The notes below the pieces were generated by a model. The model saw only the letters and a list, made by a program, of their open reading frames with translations. It did not search any database and was not told the DNA's origin. Position numbers and translations under genes: made by a program. Below, piece by piece: positions 27,661 to 36,710 of a DNA stretch of 64,000 nucleotides. Position 1 is the first letter of the stretch. Each line of letters opens with the position of its first letter. Source of the DNA: Gammaproteobacteria bacterium (GTDB lineage: Bacteria; Pseudomonadota; Gammaproteobacteria; Steroidobacterales; Steroidobacteraceae); assembly GCA_028870355.1 (NCBI GenBank), contig JAGWPU010000075.1, positions 2,350-66,349 on the forward strand. The letters are read 5' to 3'.

Positions 27661-29046
27661 ATGAAATTATCCTTTCATGGTGCGGATCGTGCCGTCACGG
27701 GATCCTGCCACTTGGTGGAAGCCGCGGGACAGCGCGTGCTGATCGACTGCGGGATGTACCAGGGCAATCGGGAGCTCGACGAGGAGAATGCCGAGGCGTT
27801 CGGCTTCGACCCCGCGAGCATCGACTACGTGCTCCTCACCCATGCGCATCTCGATCACTGCGGTCGCCTGCCGCTGCTCGTGAAGCGCGGCTTTCACGGC
27901 GAGATCGTGACGACTGCGGCGACGCGCGAACTGACGCGGATCGTGCTGCTCGACGCCGCCCACCTGCAGGAGGAGGATGCCGCACGCCGCGCCCGACGTC
28001 ACGCACGCCGTGGCGAGACACCCGCGCCCGAGCCCCTGTACGGCGTGCTCGACGCGCTGAATTCGACCGAGCGGTTCGGACGCACCGCCTCTTATGGGCG
28101 AAAGCTCGCGCTCGCGCCGGGGATCGACGTCACCTTTTTCGATGCGGGCCACATCCTCGGATCGGCAAGCCTGTTCCTGGAGGTCGCCGAGCACGGCGAA
28201 CGACGCCGCATCGTGTTCTCCGGCGACCTCGGCAACGCCGGGCGCCCGCTGTTGCGCGATCCGGTCGCCCCGCCACGTTCCGACGTCGTCGTGATGGAGA
28301 CGACCTACGGCGATCGGCTGCACAAGCCGATCGGACCCTCGGTCGAGGAACTCTACGGGGCGATCGACGCGACGTTTCGCCGTGGTGGCAACGTGATAAT
28401 TCCGACGTTCGCGCTCGAGCGGGCGCAGGAAATCCTCTATTACCTGCGCGAAGGGGTTGAGCGAGGCCGCCTCGGCAGCAGCATGCAGGTGTTCCTCGAC
28501 TCCCCGATGGCGATCTCCGCGACCGAGATCTTCCGGCGGCACCCCGAATGCTTCGACGCGGAGGCGGCTGCGCGATTCCGCGCGGGCCAGGATCCTTTCG
28601 GTTTGCCGGGTCTGCACTTCAGCCGTGAAACCGCCGAATCGATGCAACTCAACCGCGTCGTCGGCGGCGCGGTCATCCTCGCCGGATCGGGCATGGCGAC
28701 CGGCGGGCGGGTGCGCCACCATTTGCGTCACAACCTCTGGCGGGAACAGTGCGGGGTCGTATTCGTCGGCTTCGCCGCGAAGGGCACGCTCGCACGCCGG
28801 ATCATCGACGGCGCGAAGTCGGTGAGCCTGTTCGGCGAGGACGTCCCGGTGCGCGCGAGCATCCACACGATCAACGGGTTCTCCGCGCATGCCGACCGCG
28901 ACGAGCTGCTCGCGTGGCACCGCCAGATCCAGCCGGAGGTGACGTTCCTGGTTCATGGGGAAGAAGACGTGATGAGCCGGTTCGCGACGAATTTGACGCA
29001 CGGCCGCATCGTCCAGCCGTCCCTCGGTCAGAGCGACGAACTCTGA
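27661..29046 (+). CDS. MBL-fold metallo-hydrolase with beta-CASP/RNA-specificity domains
   Basis: Starts at Met25 of ORF 27589..29046 (MKLSFHGADRAVTGSCHLV). HxHxDH motif THAHLDHCG. The C-terminal INGFSAHADRDEL is typical of beta-CASP nucleases. Confidence 0.85.
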   Translation: MKLSFHGADRAVTGSCHLVEAAGQRVLIDCGMYQGNRELDEENAEAFGFDPASIDYVLLTHAHLDHCGRLPLLVKRGFHGEIVTTAATRELTRIVLLDAAHLQEEDAARRARRHARRGETPAPEPLYGVLDALNSTERFGRTASYGRKLALAPGIDVTFFDAGHILGSASLFLEVAEHGERRRIVFSGDLGNAGRPLLRDPVAPPRSDVVVMETTYGDRLHKPIGPSVEELYGAIDATFRRGGNVIIPTFALERAQEILYYLREGVERGRLGSSMQVFLDSPMAISATEIFRRHPECFDAEAAARFRAGQDPFGLPGLHFSRETAESMQLNRVVGGAVILAGSGMATGGRVRHHLRHNLWREQCGVVFVGFAAKGTLARRIIDGAKSVSLFGEDVPVRASIHTINGFSAHADRDELLAWHRQIQPEVTFLVHGEEDVMSRFATNLTHGRIVQPSLGQSDEL

Positions 29047-29157
29047 CTTCCCGTCGCACGCGAGTGAACCAATGCCGGTGATGCGGCTCTAATCGTTCCG
29101 GTGGCCCGGGCAGTCGACCCGGACCGAGGCCAACCCACACCGAGCGAGGTGTTGGCG

Positions 29158-29781
29158 ATGGACGAACACGTCGATCGGGGGCGCCGCCGATTGCTGATCG
29201 CGGCCACGGCGGGTACTGGAGCGCTCGGTGTCGCGTTCGCGGCGGTCCCGTTCATCCTCTCCTGGAACCCGAGTGCTCGAGCACGCGCGCTCGGGGCACC
29301 GGTCGAGATCGATCCCTCGAAGATCGAGCCGGGCAGCATGGTGCGCGTCGCCTGGCGCGGCCAGCCGATCTACGTCGTGAACCGGACGCCGGAAGTGCTT
29401 CGCCAGATCGGCGATCACAACGCACTGCTGGTCGATCCGAACTCGAACGACTCGCAGCAACCCGCCTATATCAAGGCGACCGGGGCGGTGCGCGCGCGAA
29501 TTCCGAAGTACTGGGTCGGACTCGGCGTCTGCACGCACCTCGGCTGCGCGCCGCTCGGCGCGTTCGAGCCCGGCCGGAGCGAACAATTGCCGGGCGTCGA
29601 ACTCGGCGCCGGTTGGCCGGGCGGGTTCTATTGCCCCTGCCACGGCTCCAAGTACGACATCTCCGGCCGCGTGTTCAAGGACATGCCAGCCCCGCGCAAC
29701 CTGACGATACCGCCCTACGCGTATGCGAAGAATGGCCATATCGTGATCGGCGTGAATCAGGTCTCCGACGACGCCGGCTAG
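29158..29781 (+). CDS. petA: Ubiquinol-cytochrome c reductase Rieske iron-sulfur subunit homologue (no petB/petC follows)
   Basis: Starts at Met20 of ORF 29101..29781. Tat-type RGRRRLLIA signal anchor. Rieske boxes CTHLGC and CPCHGS. APRNLTIPPY tail. Confidence 0.85.
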   Translation: MDEHVDRGRRRLLIAATAGTGALGVAFAAVPFILSWNPSARARALGAPVEIDPSKIEPGSMVRVAWRGQPIYVVNRTPEVLRQIGDHNALLVDPNSNDSQQPAYIKATGAVRARIPKYWVGLGVCTHLGCAPLGAFEPGRSEQLPGVELGAGWPGGFYCPCHGSKYDISGRVFKDMPAPRNLTIPPYAYAKNGHIVIGVNQVSDDAG

Positions 29782-29814
29782 CGCGTGCCACGCGCGGCCG
29801 GGGCACGCGGGTGT

Positions 29815-32307
29815 TCAGCGCGTCAGATCGCGCTTCAGGATCTCGACGAATCGCCGATGCCGCGGCGCGCGTCGATCGAGGTGTCGGAACACGGCGCGCT
29901 TCGCGGCATCGGTCACGACCGCCCAGACGACGGAATAGCCCCAGATCAGCGCGATATCGGTCCAGGAAATGGGGGCCAGCAAGCCGAATCCCCAGGCGCA
30001 CACCAGGGTCGCCGCGACCTTCGTGATCACCGCGGACCAGACCATGATCGGTGCCGGGTACGGCTTGCGCCACGCGGCGTCCCGGGAGCGCGACACGAAC
30101 AGCACCAGGTGCCCCGCGACCGCCATCTTCAGGAAGATGAAGGTCTGTACCTGCGCGATCGGCAGGTGCAAACCCTGCAGTGCGACGTACAGCATCAGGA
30201 AACTTCCCGCAGTACCCGTCAATCCCATGACCGTGGCGACCGAGAGTACGCGGCGCATGTCCCAGCGCACGGGTGCCGGATCGACGGCCGTGCGATCGTA
30301 CGCGATCGTCATGATCGGCACGTCGTTGAAGAACGCGAGCAGGATGATCATCACCGCGGTGATGGGGTACAGGTTGTAGACCAGCATCGCGAGCACCACG
30401 AACACCATGATCCGGATCGTCTCGGTGATGCGGTAGATCGCGTAGCTGTTCATTCGCTCGAAGATCCGACGCGCCTCCTCGACCGCCCGGACGACCGTCG
30501 ACAGCCCCGGCGCCGTCAGCACGAGCGCCGACGCCGCGCGCGCGGCGTCGGTCGCGCCGGAGACGGCGACACCGACGTCGGCCTGCTTCAGCGCAGGCGC
30601 GTCATTGACGCCGTCGCCGGTCATCGCGACCCGGTGATTCGCCACCTGCAGCGCCTTCACGATGCCGTACTTGTGCTCGGGGAAGACTTCGGCGAATCCG
30701 TCCGCGCTCTCGACACGCGCGGCGAGACCTTCGGCAGGCTCGGCACCGTCCGGCCGGAACACGTCGCCGGCCGCGAGGATTCGGCGACCGATGCCGAGCT
30801 CGCCGGCAATCTCCCGCGCGATCGCCACGTTGTCGCCGGTGATCATCTTCACCGCGATGCCGTGGCGTTTCGCTTCGGCGATCGTCTCGGCCGAATCGGC
30901 GCGCGGCGGATCGAATAGCGAGATCATCCCGTCGAGCTGCCACGCCCGGTCGCCGGCGCGGCTCGCGACGCCGAGCGTGCGGAAGCCCTTCGCGGCCTGC
31001 GTGTCGATCCAGGCCTGCGCTCGCGTCCGCGTCGCGGGATCGATCGCCGCTTGCGCGAAGATCACTTGCGGCGCGCCCTTGGTCACGGTGAGCGTCTCGC
31101 CGCCCACGCGCTGCCAGCGACCCTCGCTGCGCTTGCTCACCGGATCGAAGGGCACGAAGTGATGCAGCGAAAACTCCGACGTCGGTACCCAACCCCCGGT
31201 TGCCGCATGGATCGCCGCATCGATCGGATCGCCGACGTCCGCCCGGCTCGCGAGCGCCGCGTGCCGGACCAGCGCTTCCGCGCCGTCGACGCCGAGTACC
31301 AGCGGTTCGCCGAGCGCGAGCGTGTTCTGCGTCAGCGTCCCGGTCTTGTCGGTGCAGAGCACGTCGACCGCTGCCAGTTCTTCGATCGACTCGAGACGCG
31401 AGACGATCGCCTTCTCCTTCGACAGCTCGAGCGCACCGAGCGCCATCGTGACCGACAATACCGCGGGCATCGCGACCGGGATCGACGCGACCGTGAGGAT
31501 CAGCGCGAATTGGACGAGTTCGAGCCAGGGCAGACCACGCGTCAGCTCGATCAGGATCAGGACGGCGACGAGGCCGACGCTCATGTAGATCAGGTAGTCG
31601 CCGATTGCCAGCACGGCCTTCTGGAAATGCGATGTTGCGCCGGCGCCTTGCACCAGCTTCGCGGTGCGCCCGAAATAGGTGTGCGTTCCGGTCGCGTAGA
31701 CGACGCCGCTCATCTCGCCCTGCCGGACGATCGAGCCGGAATAGACGACCTCACCGTCCTTGCGATCGACCGGCAAGGACTCCCCGGTCAGCGCCGACTG
31801 ATCGACGCTGAGGTAATCGCCGTCCACGAGCTTGAGGTCGGCCGGAACGATGTCGCCGAGCCGGATGCGGACGAGATCGCCCGGTACGAGCTCGGCCGCA
31901 TTCACCTCCCGCCAATCGCCGTCGCGGCGCACCCGCGCCTTCAGCGCGAGCTGCTTCTTGAGCGCATCGAGCGCGCTCGACGCCTTGTACTCCTGCCAGA
32001 ACCCGACGCCGGCGTTGAACAGGAGCAGCGCGACGATGATCGCGCAATCGGACCAGTGCCGCACCACCGCGGAAAGGACGGCGGCGGCCTCGATCATCCA
32101 CGGGATCGGGCCCCAGAAATACCCGAACAGGCGCTTCCAGAGGCTGCGCTTCGCCTCGGGCAGCGCGTTCGGGCCGTACCGACCGCTGCGGCGCACGGAC
32201 TCGGCTGAGCTGAGGCCGTCCGCACGGCTGTCGAGGCGCTTCAGCAGCTCCTCGACCGACGCGGCTTTCGCCACGGCGGCATCGATGGTTTCCTCGGACG
32301 CAAGCAT
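29815..32307 (-). CDS. P-type ATPase resembling plasma-membrane H+-ATPases (P3A type)
   Basis: Full ORF, 830 aa. N-terminus GLSSAESVRRSGRYGPNALPEAKRSLWKRLFGYFWGPIPWMIEAAA resembles plant/fungal PMA proteins. Also TGES, CTDKTGTLT, MITGDNVAIA and MTGDGVNDAPALKQADVGVAV. Confidence 0.85.
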   Translation of the reverse strand: MLASEETIDAAVAKAASVEELLKRLDSRADGLSSAESVRRSGRYGPNALPEAKRSLWKRLFGYFWGPIPWMIEAAAVLSAVVRHWSDCAIIVALLLFNAGVGFWQEYKASSALDALKKQLALKARVRRDGDWREVNAAELVPGDLVRIRLGDIVPADLKLVDGDYLSVDQSALTGESLPVDRKDGEVVYSGSIVRQGEMSGVVYATGTHTYFGRTAKLVQGAGATSHFQKAVLAIGDYLIYMSVGLVAVLILIELTRGLPWLELVQFALILTVASIPVAMPAVLSVTMALGALELSKEKAIVSRLESIEELAAVDVLCTDKTGTLTQNTLALGEPLVLGVDGAEALVRHAALASRADVGDPIDAAIHAATGGWVPTSEFSLHHFVPFDPVSKRSEGRWQRVGGETLTVTKGAPQVIFAQAAIDPATRTRAQAWIDTQAAKGFRTLGVASRAGDRAWQLDGMISLFDPPRADSAETIAEAKRHGIAVKMITGDNVAIAREIAGELGIGRRILAAGDVFRPDGAEPAEGLAARVESADGFAEVFPEHKYGIVKALQVANHRVAMTGDGVNDAPALKQADVGVAVSGATDAARAASALVLTAPGLSTVVRAVEEARRIFERMNSYAIYRITETIRIMVFVVLAMLVYNLYPITAVMIILLAFFNDVPIMTIAYDRTAVDPAPVRWDMRRVLSVATVMGLTGTAGSFLMLYVALQGLHLPIAQVQTFIFLKMAVAGHLVLFVSRSRDAAWRKPYPAPIMVWSAVITKVAATLVCAWGFGLLAPISWTDIALIWGYSVVWAVVTDAAKRAVFRHLDRRAPRHRRFVEILKRDLTR

Positions 32308-32371
32308 CGTATTCTCACGTCAAGCATACGCCTGTAATTCCCGCGCGACGTGCGCGGCCAGCCGCTCTTCG

Positions 32372-35300
32372 CTACAGGAACCGACGCCCGCGCACGATGT
32401 CCGTGCGCAACTGCCGCTCCCCGGAGCGCGCCTGCGACTGCAAATGCTCGAACACCGCGAATTCCGCTGCCGTCGGGCGTTCGTAGCTCAGATCGACGTC
32501 GGCCGCGAGATACGCCAGATGGCTGCGAAGCTTCGTCTCGTGGAGCAAGCTGCCTTCGCTCGACTGGATCTGCAGCGCGACCAGCGCGTGGATGTCCTTC
32601 GCGAGCGCGGTCAGAGCCTCCCGGGCTCCGGGGGCGTGCGCGTGGCCGCCGGTCGTGAGCGCGGCGAGGCGATCGCGGATCGCGATCGCCTCGTTGAGCG
32701 TGCGGTCGAGCGAGTCGAGGGTCGAGTGGATCCTGGAGGCGAGCTCGAACCGTGCTTGCAGCGCGCCGGGGGTCGGCTGCAGCCGTGGGTCGAGTTGCAC
32801 CTCGAAAGTCGCGCTCGATTCGTGCCCACCGTAGTCGAGCACGACCGTGTACCGACCGGGCACCACCGTCGGTCCCGCGACGGTGTCGTCGAGGCCACCG
32901 GCGGCAATCGGCGCCTGGAATCCCTTGACCTCCGTCGCATCCGGGTATCGCAGATCCCATCGCAGACGGTTCATGCCCGGCTCGGCAGCGGTGAGTCTCG
33001 CTTCCGCCGCGCGTTTCGCCTGGCTGGGCGTCCAGTTGTCGCGCACCGTCGCCGGCAGGGGCGTGGCGTGCGCCTTCCAGTGCAATCGGAACCGCCGCAC
33101 CGTCCGGCCGTTCGCATCGAGGATGCGCAACTCGACCGGGGTCTTGCCGTCGTAGGTCGGCGGCAACGCGTAGTCGATCGTCGCACCGAACACGGGGTTC
33201 TCGCCGGCGTCGTGGACGTACTTCGCATAGGGACTGCGGCCGTACGCATGGGTGAGCCACGCGGTCGCCGGCGCATAGACGACCGCCTCGGTCGACGTCG
33301 CGGCCGACGCCGGCGTGCGCGTCAATTGTTCGAGGAGACTCAGGTCATCGAGCACCCAGAACGACCGACCATGGGTCGCGGCGACCAGCGCCTGCTGGCG
33401 CGGATCGATCGCGAGATCGCGCACCTGGACCTTCGGGAGGTTCATCGACAGCGGTCGCCACTGCTCACCGCCGTCGAAGCTCGCGAACACGGCGTTCTTG
33501 GTTCCGACGAACATCAGTCGGGGCTCGTTCGGATCCGCCCGAACGACGAACACGTAGTCGTTCGCGGGCAAACCGCGCGTGCGCAAGGTCCAGTGGGCTC
33601 CGTAATCGGTCGTCTCGAAGACGTAGGGATGGAAGTCGTCCCACTGGTATCGCGACGCGGTCAACCATGCCGTGCCCTTCGCGACGGGACTCGGTTCGAT
33701 CGACGTGATCTCCGCCCACTGCGGCAGCGCGGGCGGCGTGACGAGCCGCCAGTGGGCACCGCCGTCGGTGGTCACGTGCACGAGCCCGTCGGCCGACCCG
33801 GCCCAAATCACGTTCGCGTCGAGCGCGGACGGCGCGAGCGCCGAAACGTCCGGAAAGATCTCTGCGCCGGACTGATCGAGGTCGACGGGGCCACCGCTCG
33901 GACGCTCCGTCGCCGGATCGTTGCGGGTCAGGTCCGGGCTGATCACTTTCCAGGTCTCCCCGCCGTCGAGGCTCTCGAGCACGCGCTGGGAGGCGATCAG
34001 CAACGCCTTCGGATTCGCCGGACTGAAGAGAATGGGATGGGTCCAGCCGAAGCGATATTTCAGCTCTCGCGAGGCAGCGCCTTCCTGGTACTCCGGCCAC
34101 GGGCTGACTTCGCGATACTCGCCCGTCCGCGCGTCGTGCCGCAGCAGGATGCTGAAATAGCCGCTTCCGTAGGTGATCCGTGGGTCGCCCGGCTGGGGCG
34201 CGACGAAGGTCGCTTCGCCATAGGCCGCACGATGCCAGTCGCCAAGCGGGATCAGCCCCGAGGGGGTCGCGCTCGGGCCCTCGAAGGAGCCCTCGTCCTG
34301 CTGCGCGCCGTAGATGTGGAACGGGAACCGATCGTCGAGCGCCACGTGATAGAACTGGCCCGTCGGTTGATTGTGTTCCCCGCTCCATGTCCGACCGCCA
34401 TTGGTCGACACGGTCGCACCGCCATCGTTGCCCTCGAGCAGGATCCGTGGACGCCGTGGATCGATCCACACGATGTGATTGTCGCCGTGAGGCGTGTGCA
34501 GTTTCGCGAAGTGCTTGCCGCCGTCGTGGGACACCCAGAGCGCGTCGACCTCGGGCACGTACACGGTGTCGGCGTCGACCGGATCGACGAACACGCTCAT
34601 GTAATAGAACGCCCGCTGGCGCAGGCTCCAGTTCGAATTGACTCGGACCCAGGTCGCTCCCGCATCGTTCGACCGGAACACGCCACCGCTCTTCGCCTGA
34701 ACGATCGCGTAGACGATCCGTGGATCGCTCGCGGCGATACTGACGCCGATGCGTCCCAGAACCCCCGTCGGGAAGCCGGGATTGCGCGCGATGTCGGCCC
34801 AGTGCGCGCCGCCGTCCGTCGTCTTGTAGAGGCCGCTCCCCGGGCCGCCGTCCTGCAGTGTCCACGGCTTGCGCACCGCCTGCCACATCGCGGCGTACAA
34901 CGTCGACGGATGCGTCGGGTCCATCACCAGATCGATCGCACCGGTCTTCGCGTCGACGTAGAGGCTATTCGACCAGGTCTTGCCGCCATCCGTCGACTTG
35001 AACACGCCGCGTGCCGGGTTGGATGCGAACACGTGGCCCATCGACGCGGCGTAGACCACGTTCGCATCGTGGGGATCGACGACCAAGGCGCTGATCGTGT
35101 GCGTATCCGCGAGACCGCAGGGCCGCCAGGTCTTGCCGGCGTCGTCGGACCGGAAGACACCGTCGCCGGTGATCACGTCGCCTCGGATGTCGCTCTCCCC
35201 CGTGCCGACGTAGATCGTGTGCGCGTCGGACGGTGCGACCGCGATCGCGCCGATGCTGTTGCTCGAGCCGGGCAAGGACCCGTCGGTGAGGTTCTTCCAG

Positions 35301-35602
35301 GTGACGCCCGCGTCGTCGCTGCGCCAGACGCCACCATCGACCGCGCCCATGTAGAAGACGTCCGGGTGTCCTCCGACGCCCGACACCCCGGCGACCGCGA
35401 CGACGCGACCGCCGATGGTCGGTCCGACGCTGCGCCACCTCATCGCGGACCACGGCGCCGCTGCCGGGCGCGGCGCGGCGCTCGCCGACACCACGATCGC
35501 GGCGGCGGCCAGCGCGAGCGCGAGTCCCCCCACGATTCGTCGGCTCCCCGATCCCATCCCCGAATGCCCGTTCTGGATCATCGCGAGTCCCCCTGAGATC
35601 AT
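32372..35602 (-). CDS. Secreted BNR/Asp-box beta-propeller protein (sortilin/VPS10-like)
   Basis: Full ORF, 1076 aa (Met8 at 35581 is an alternative start). It has a signal peptide. About eleven Asp-box motifs (SxDxGxTW) are present, for example SDDAGVTW, STDGGKTW, TTDGGAHW and SLDGGETW. The last ~300 aa lack Asp boxes. Confidence 0.8.
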   Translation of the reverse strand: MISGGLAMIQNGHSGMGSGSRRIVGGLALALAAAAIVVSASAAPRPAAAPWSAMRWRSVGPTIGGRVVAVAGVSGVGGHPDVFYMGAVDGGVWRSDDAGVTWKNLTDGSLPGSSNSIGAIAVAPSDAHTIYVGTGESDIRGDVITGDGVFRSDDAGKTWRPCGLADTHTISALVVDPHDANVVYAASMGHVFASNPARGVFKSTDGGKTWSNSLYVDAKTGAIDLVMDPTHPSTLYAAMWQAVRKPWTLQDGGPGSGLYKTTDGGAHWADIARNPGFPTGVLGRIGVSIAASDPRIVYAIVQAKSGGVFRSNDAGATWVRVNSNWSLRQRAFYYMSVFVDPVDADTVYVPEVDALWVSHDGGKHFAKLHTPHGDNHIVWIDPRRPRILLEGNDGGATVSTNGGRTWSGEHNQPTGQFYHVALDDRFPFHIYGAQQDEGSFEGPSATPSGLIPLGDWHRAAYGEATFVAPQPGDPRITYGSGYFSILLRHDARTGEYREVSPWPEYQEGAASRELKYRFGWTHPILFSPANPKALLIASQRVLESLDGGETWKVISPDLTRNDPATERPSGGPVDLDQSGAEIFPDVSALAPSALDANVIWAGSADGLVHVTTDGGAHWRLVTPPALPQWAEITSIEPSPVAKGTAWLTASRYQWDDFHPYVFETTDYGAHWTLRTRGLPANDYVFVVRADPNEPRLMFVGTKNAVFASFDGGEQWRPLSMNLPKVQVRDLAIDPRQQALVAATHGRSFWVLDDLSLLEQLTRTPASAATSTEAVVYAPATAWLTHAYGRSPYAKYVHDAGENPVFGATIDYALPPTYDGKTPVELRILDANGRTVRRFRLHWKAHATPLPATVRDNWTPSQAKRAAEARLTAAEPGMNRLRWDLRYPDATEVKGFQAPIAAGGLDDTVAGPTVVPGRYTVVLDYGGHESSATFEVQLDPRLQPTPGALQARFELASRIHSTLDSLDRTLNEAIAIRDRLAALTTGGHAHAPGAREALTALAKDIHALVALQIQSSEGSLLHETKLRSHLAYLAADVDLSYERPTAAEFAVFEHLQSQARSGERQLRTDIVRGRRFL

Positions 35603-35632
35603 GGCGCGTTACTTACAGTACCGGACCGCGCG

Positions 35633-36628
35633 TCAGCCTGCACACCGCGCACGATTCACCGCATCGATCGCGAGCGCGAGCGGAACCAGCGCCTCGAGCC
35701 ACGGCAACTCGAGCCCATGGCGCCGTGCGAGACGCACCGCGTGCCCGAGCGTCTCCTCGAGCTCGAGCGGCCGCCGCGCGTCGAGATCCTGCAGGCTGGA
35801 CACGCGGTGCTGCGGCGCCCGCACCGCGAGATCCGCCGCCCAGCGGCGGATCGCTCCGACCGCCTCATCGTTGGAGGCCGCGCAGATCGTCGCGACCGGC
35901 AGTGTGGACTGATCGGTCAGGGCGACGCCCTCGGCGGCGGCGAGGGCACCGACCTCGCGCACGATCGCCGCGACCAGGCGAACGGAGTGCGGCTCGGCGA
36001 GGAACGTGGCAGTCGGCGCGCGGGTCGTGATCGACAGCAGCATCAATCCCGCCCAGGAGGCGAATTTCGCCCACTCGAGCGACACGATGTTCGCAACCGC
36101 CGCCGCGCGGAGGCCGGCGTCCTCGAGCGCCGCCGCAACGCGCGGCGCCCGGTCGCCGGCCGCACCGCCGAGTTCGCCGATCGCGATCAACTCGTTGCGC
36201 GTGAACAGCACGTCGCCGCCGCTCGAGCGCTCGCCACTGGTGTTCGCGATCGCGCCGAGCACGCGGTCGCGGCCGAACGCGTCCGCGAGCAATCGATCCT
36301 TGTCGATGCCGTTCTGGATCGACAGCGCGACCCCGATCGGCAGGCCGCGCAGCGGCCGCAAGACCGCCGGCGTATCGATCGCCTTGGTCGCGACGATCAG
36401 CACGTCGGCGCCCGCGCAGCGAGCGGCATCCGAAAAGACCGCGACGGGCTGATCGAAGCGCTCGAGTCCGCGAATCCGCAACCCCTGAGCGGCGATCTCG
36501 GCCGCGCGACGCGGCGACGCGAGCATCGCGACTCGACGGCCGCGACGCGCGAGATGGGCACCGAGGATCGTCCCCAGCGCACCCGCGCCGAGGATCGCGA
36601 ATTCGAAGCGGGACTCGGGCGTGGTCAC
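35633..36628 (-). CDS. 2-dehydropantoate 2-reductase family (PanE/ApbA) oxidoreductase
   Basis: Full ORF, 331 aa. Rossmann motif ILGAGALGTILGAHLARRG, and length and layout typical of ketopantoate reductase family proteins. Confidence 0.75.
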   Translation of the reverse strand: MTTPESRFEFAILGAGALGTILGAHLARRGRRVAMLASPRRAAEIAAQGLRIRGLERFDQPVAVFSDAARCAGADVLIVATKAIDTPAVLRPLRGLPIGVALSIQNGIDKDRLLADAFGRDRVLGAIANTSGERSSGGDVLFTRNELIAIGELGGAAGDRAPRVAAALEDAGLRAAAVANIVSLEWAKFASWAGLMLLSITTRAPTATFLAEPHSVRLVAAIVREVGALAAAEGVALTDQSTLPVATICAASNDEAVGAIRRWAADLAVRAPQHRVSSLQDLDARRPLELEETLGHAVRLARRHGLELPWLEALVPLALAIDAVNRARCAG

Positions 36629-36668
36629 GCTGGCCGCTCCCGGTCACTGCCGTTCGCGCCGAGTCGGG

Positions 36669-36702
36669 ATCCCCGGCGGGCTGCGATGTGCCCGCCGGGG
36701 AT
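36669..36702 (-). terminator. Stem-loop ATCCCCGGCGGGC-(8 nt)-GCCCGCCGGGGAT just after the TBDR2 stop
   Basis: Perfect 13-bp inverted repeat with an 8-nt loop. It begins 8 nt downstream of the TBDR2 stop codon on the minus strand. No U-tract. Confidence 0.4.
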
Positions 36703-36710
36703 GAAACGCC

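Noticed and set aside
24924-28460. 1178-aa ORF on the plus strand
   Set aside because: It lies antisense to ppsA, whose product has unmistakable PEP synthase motifs. Its own translation is Arg/Asp/Gly/Pro-rich with no recognisable domain. It is a typical shadow ORF of a GC-rich genome.
31832-35596. 1254-aa ORF on the plus strand, the longest in the window
   Set aside because: It lies antisense to the P-type ATPase start and the whole BNR/VPS10 gene. The sequence is low-complexity and Arg-rich with no motifs. The minus-strand products are clearly real.
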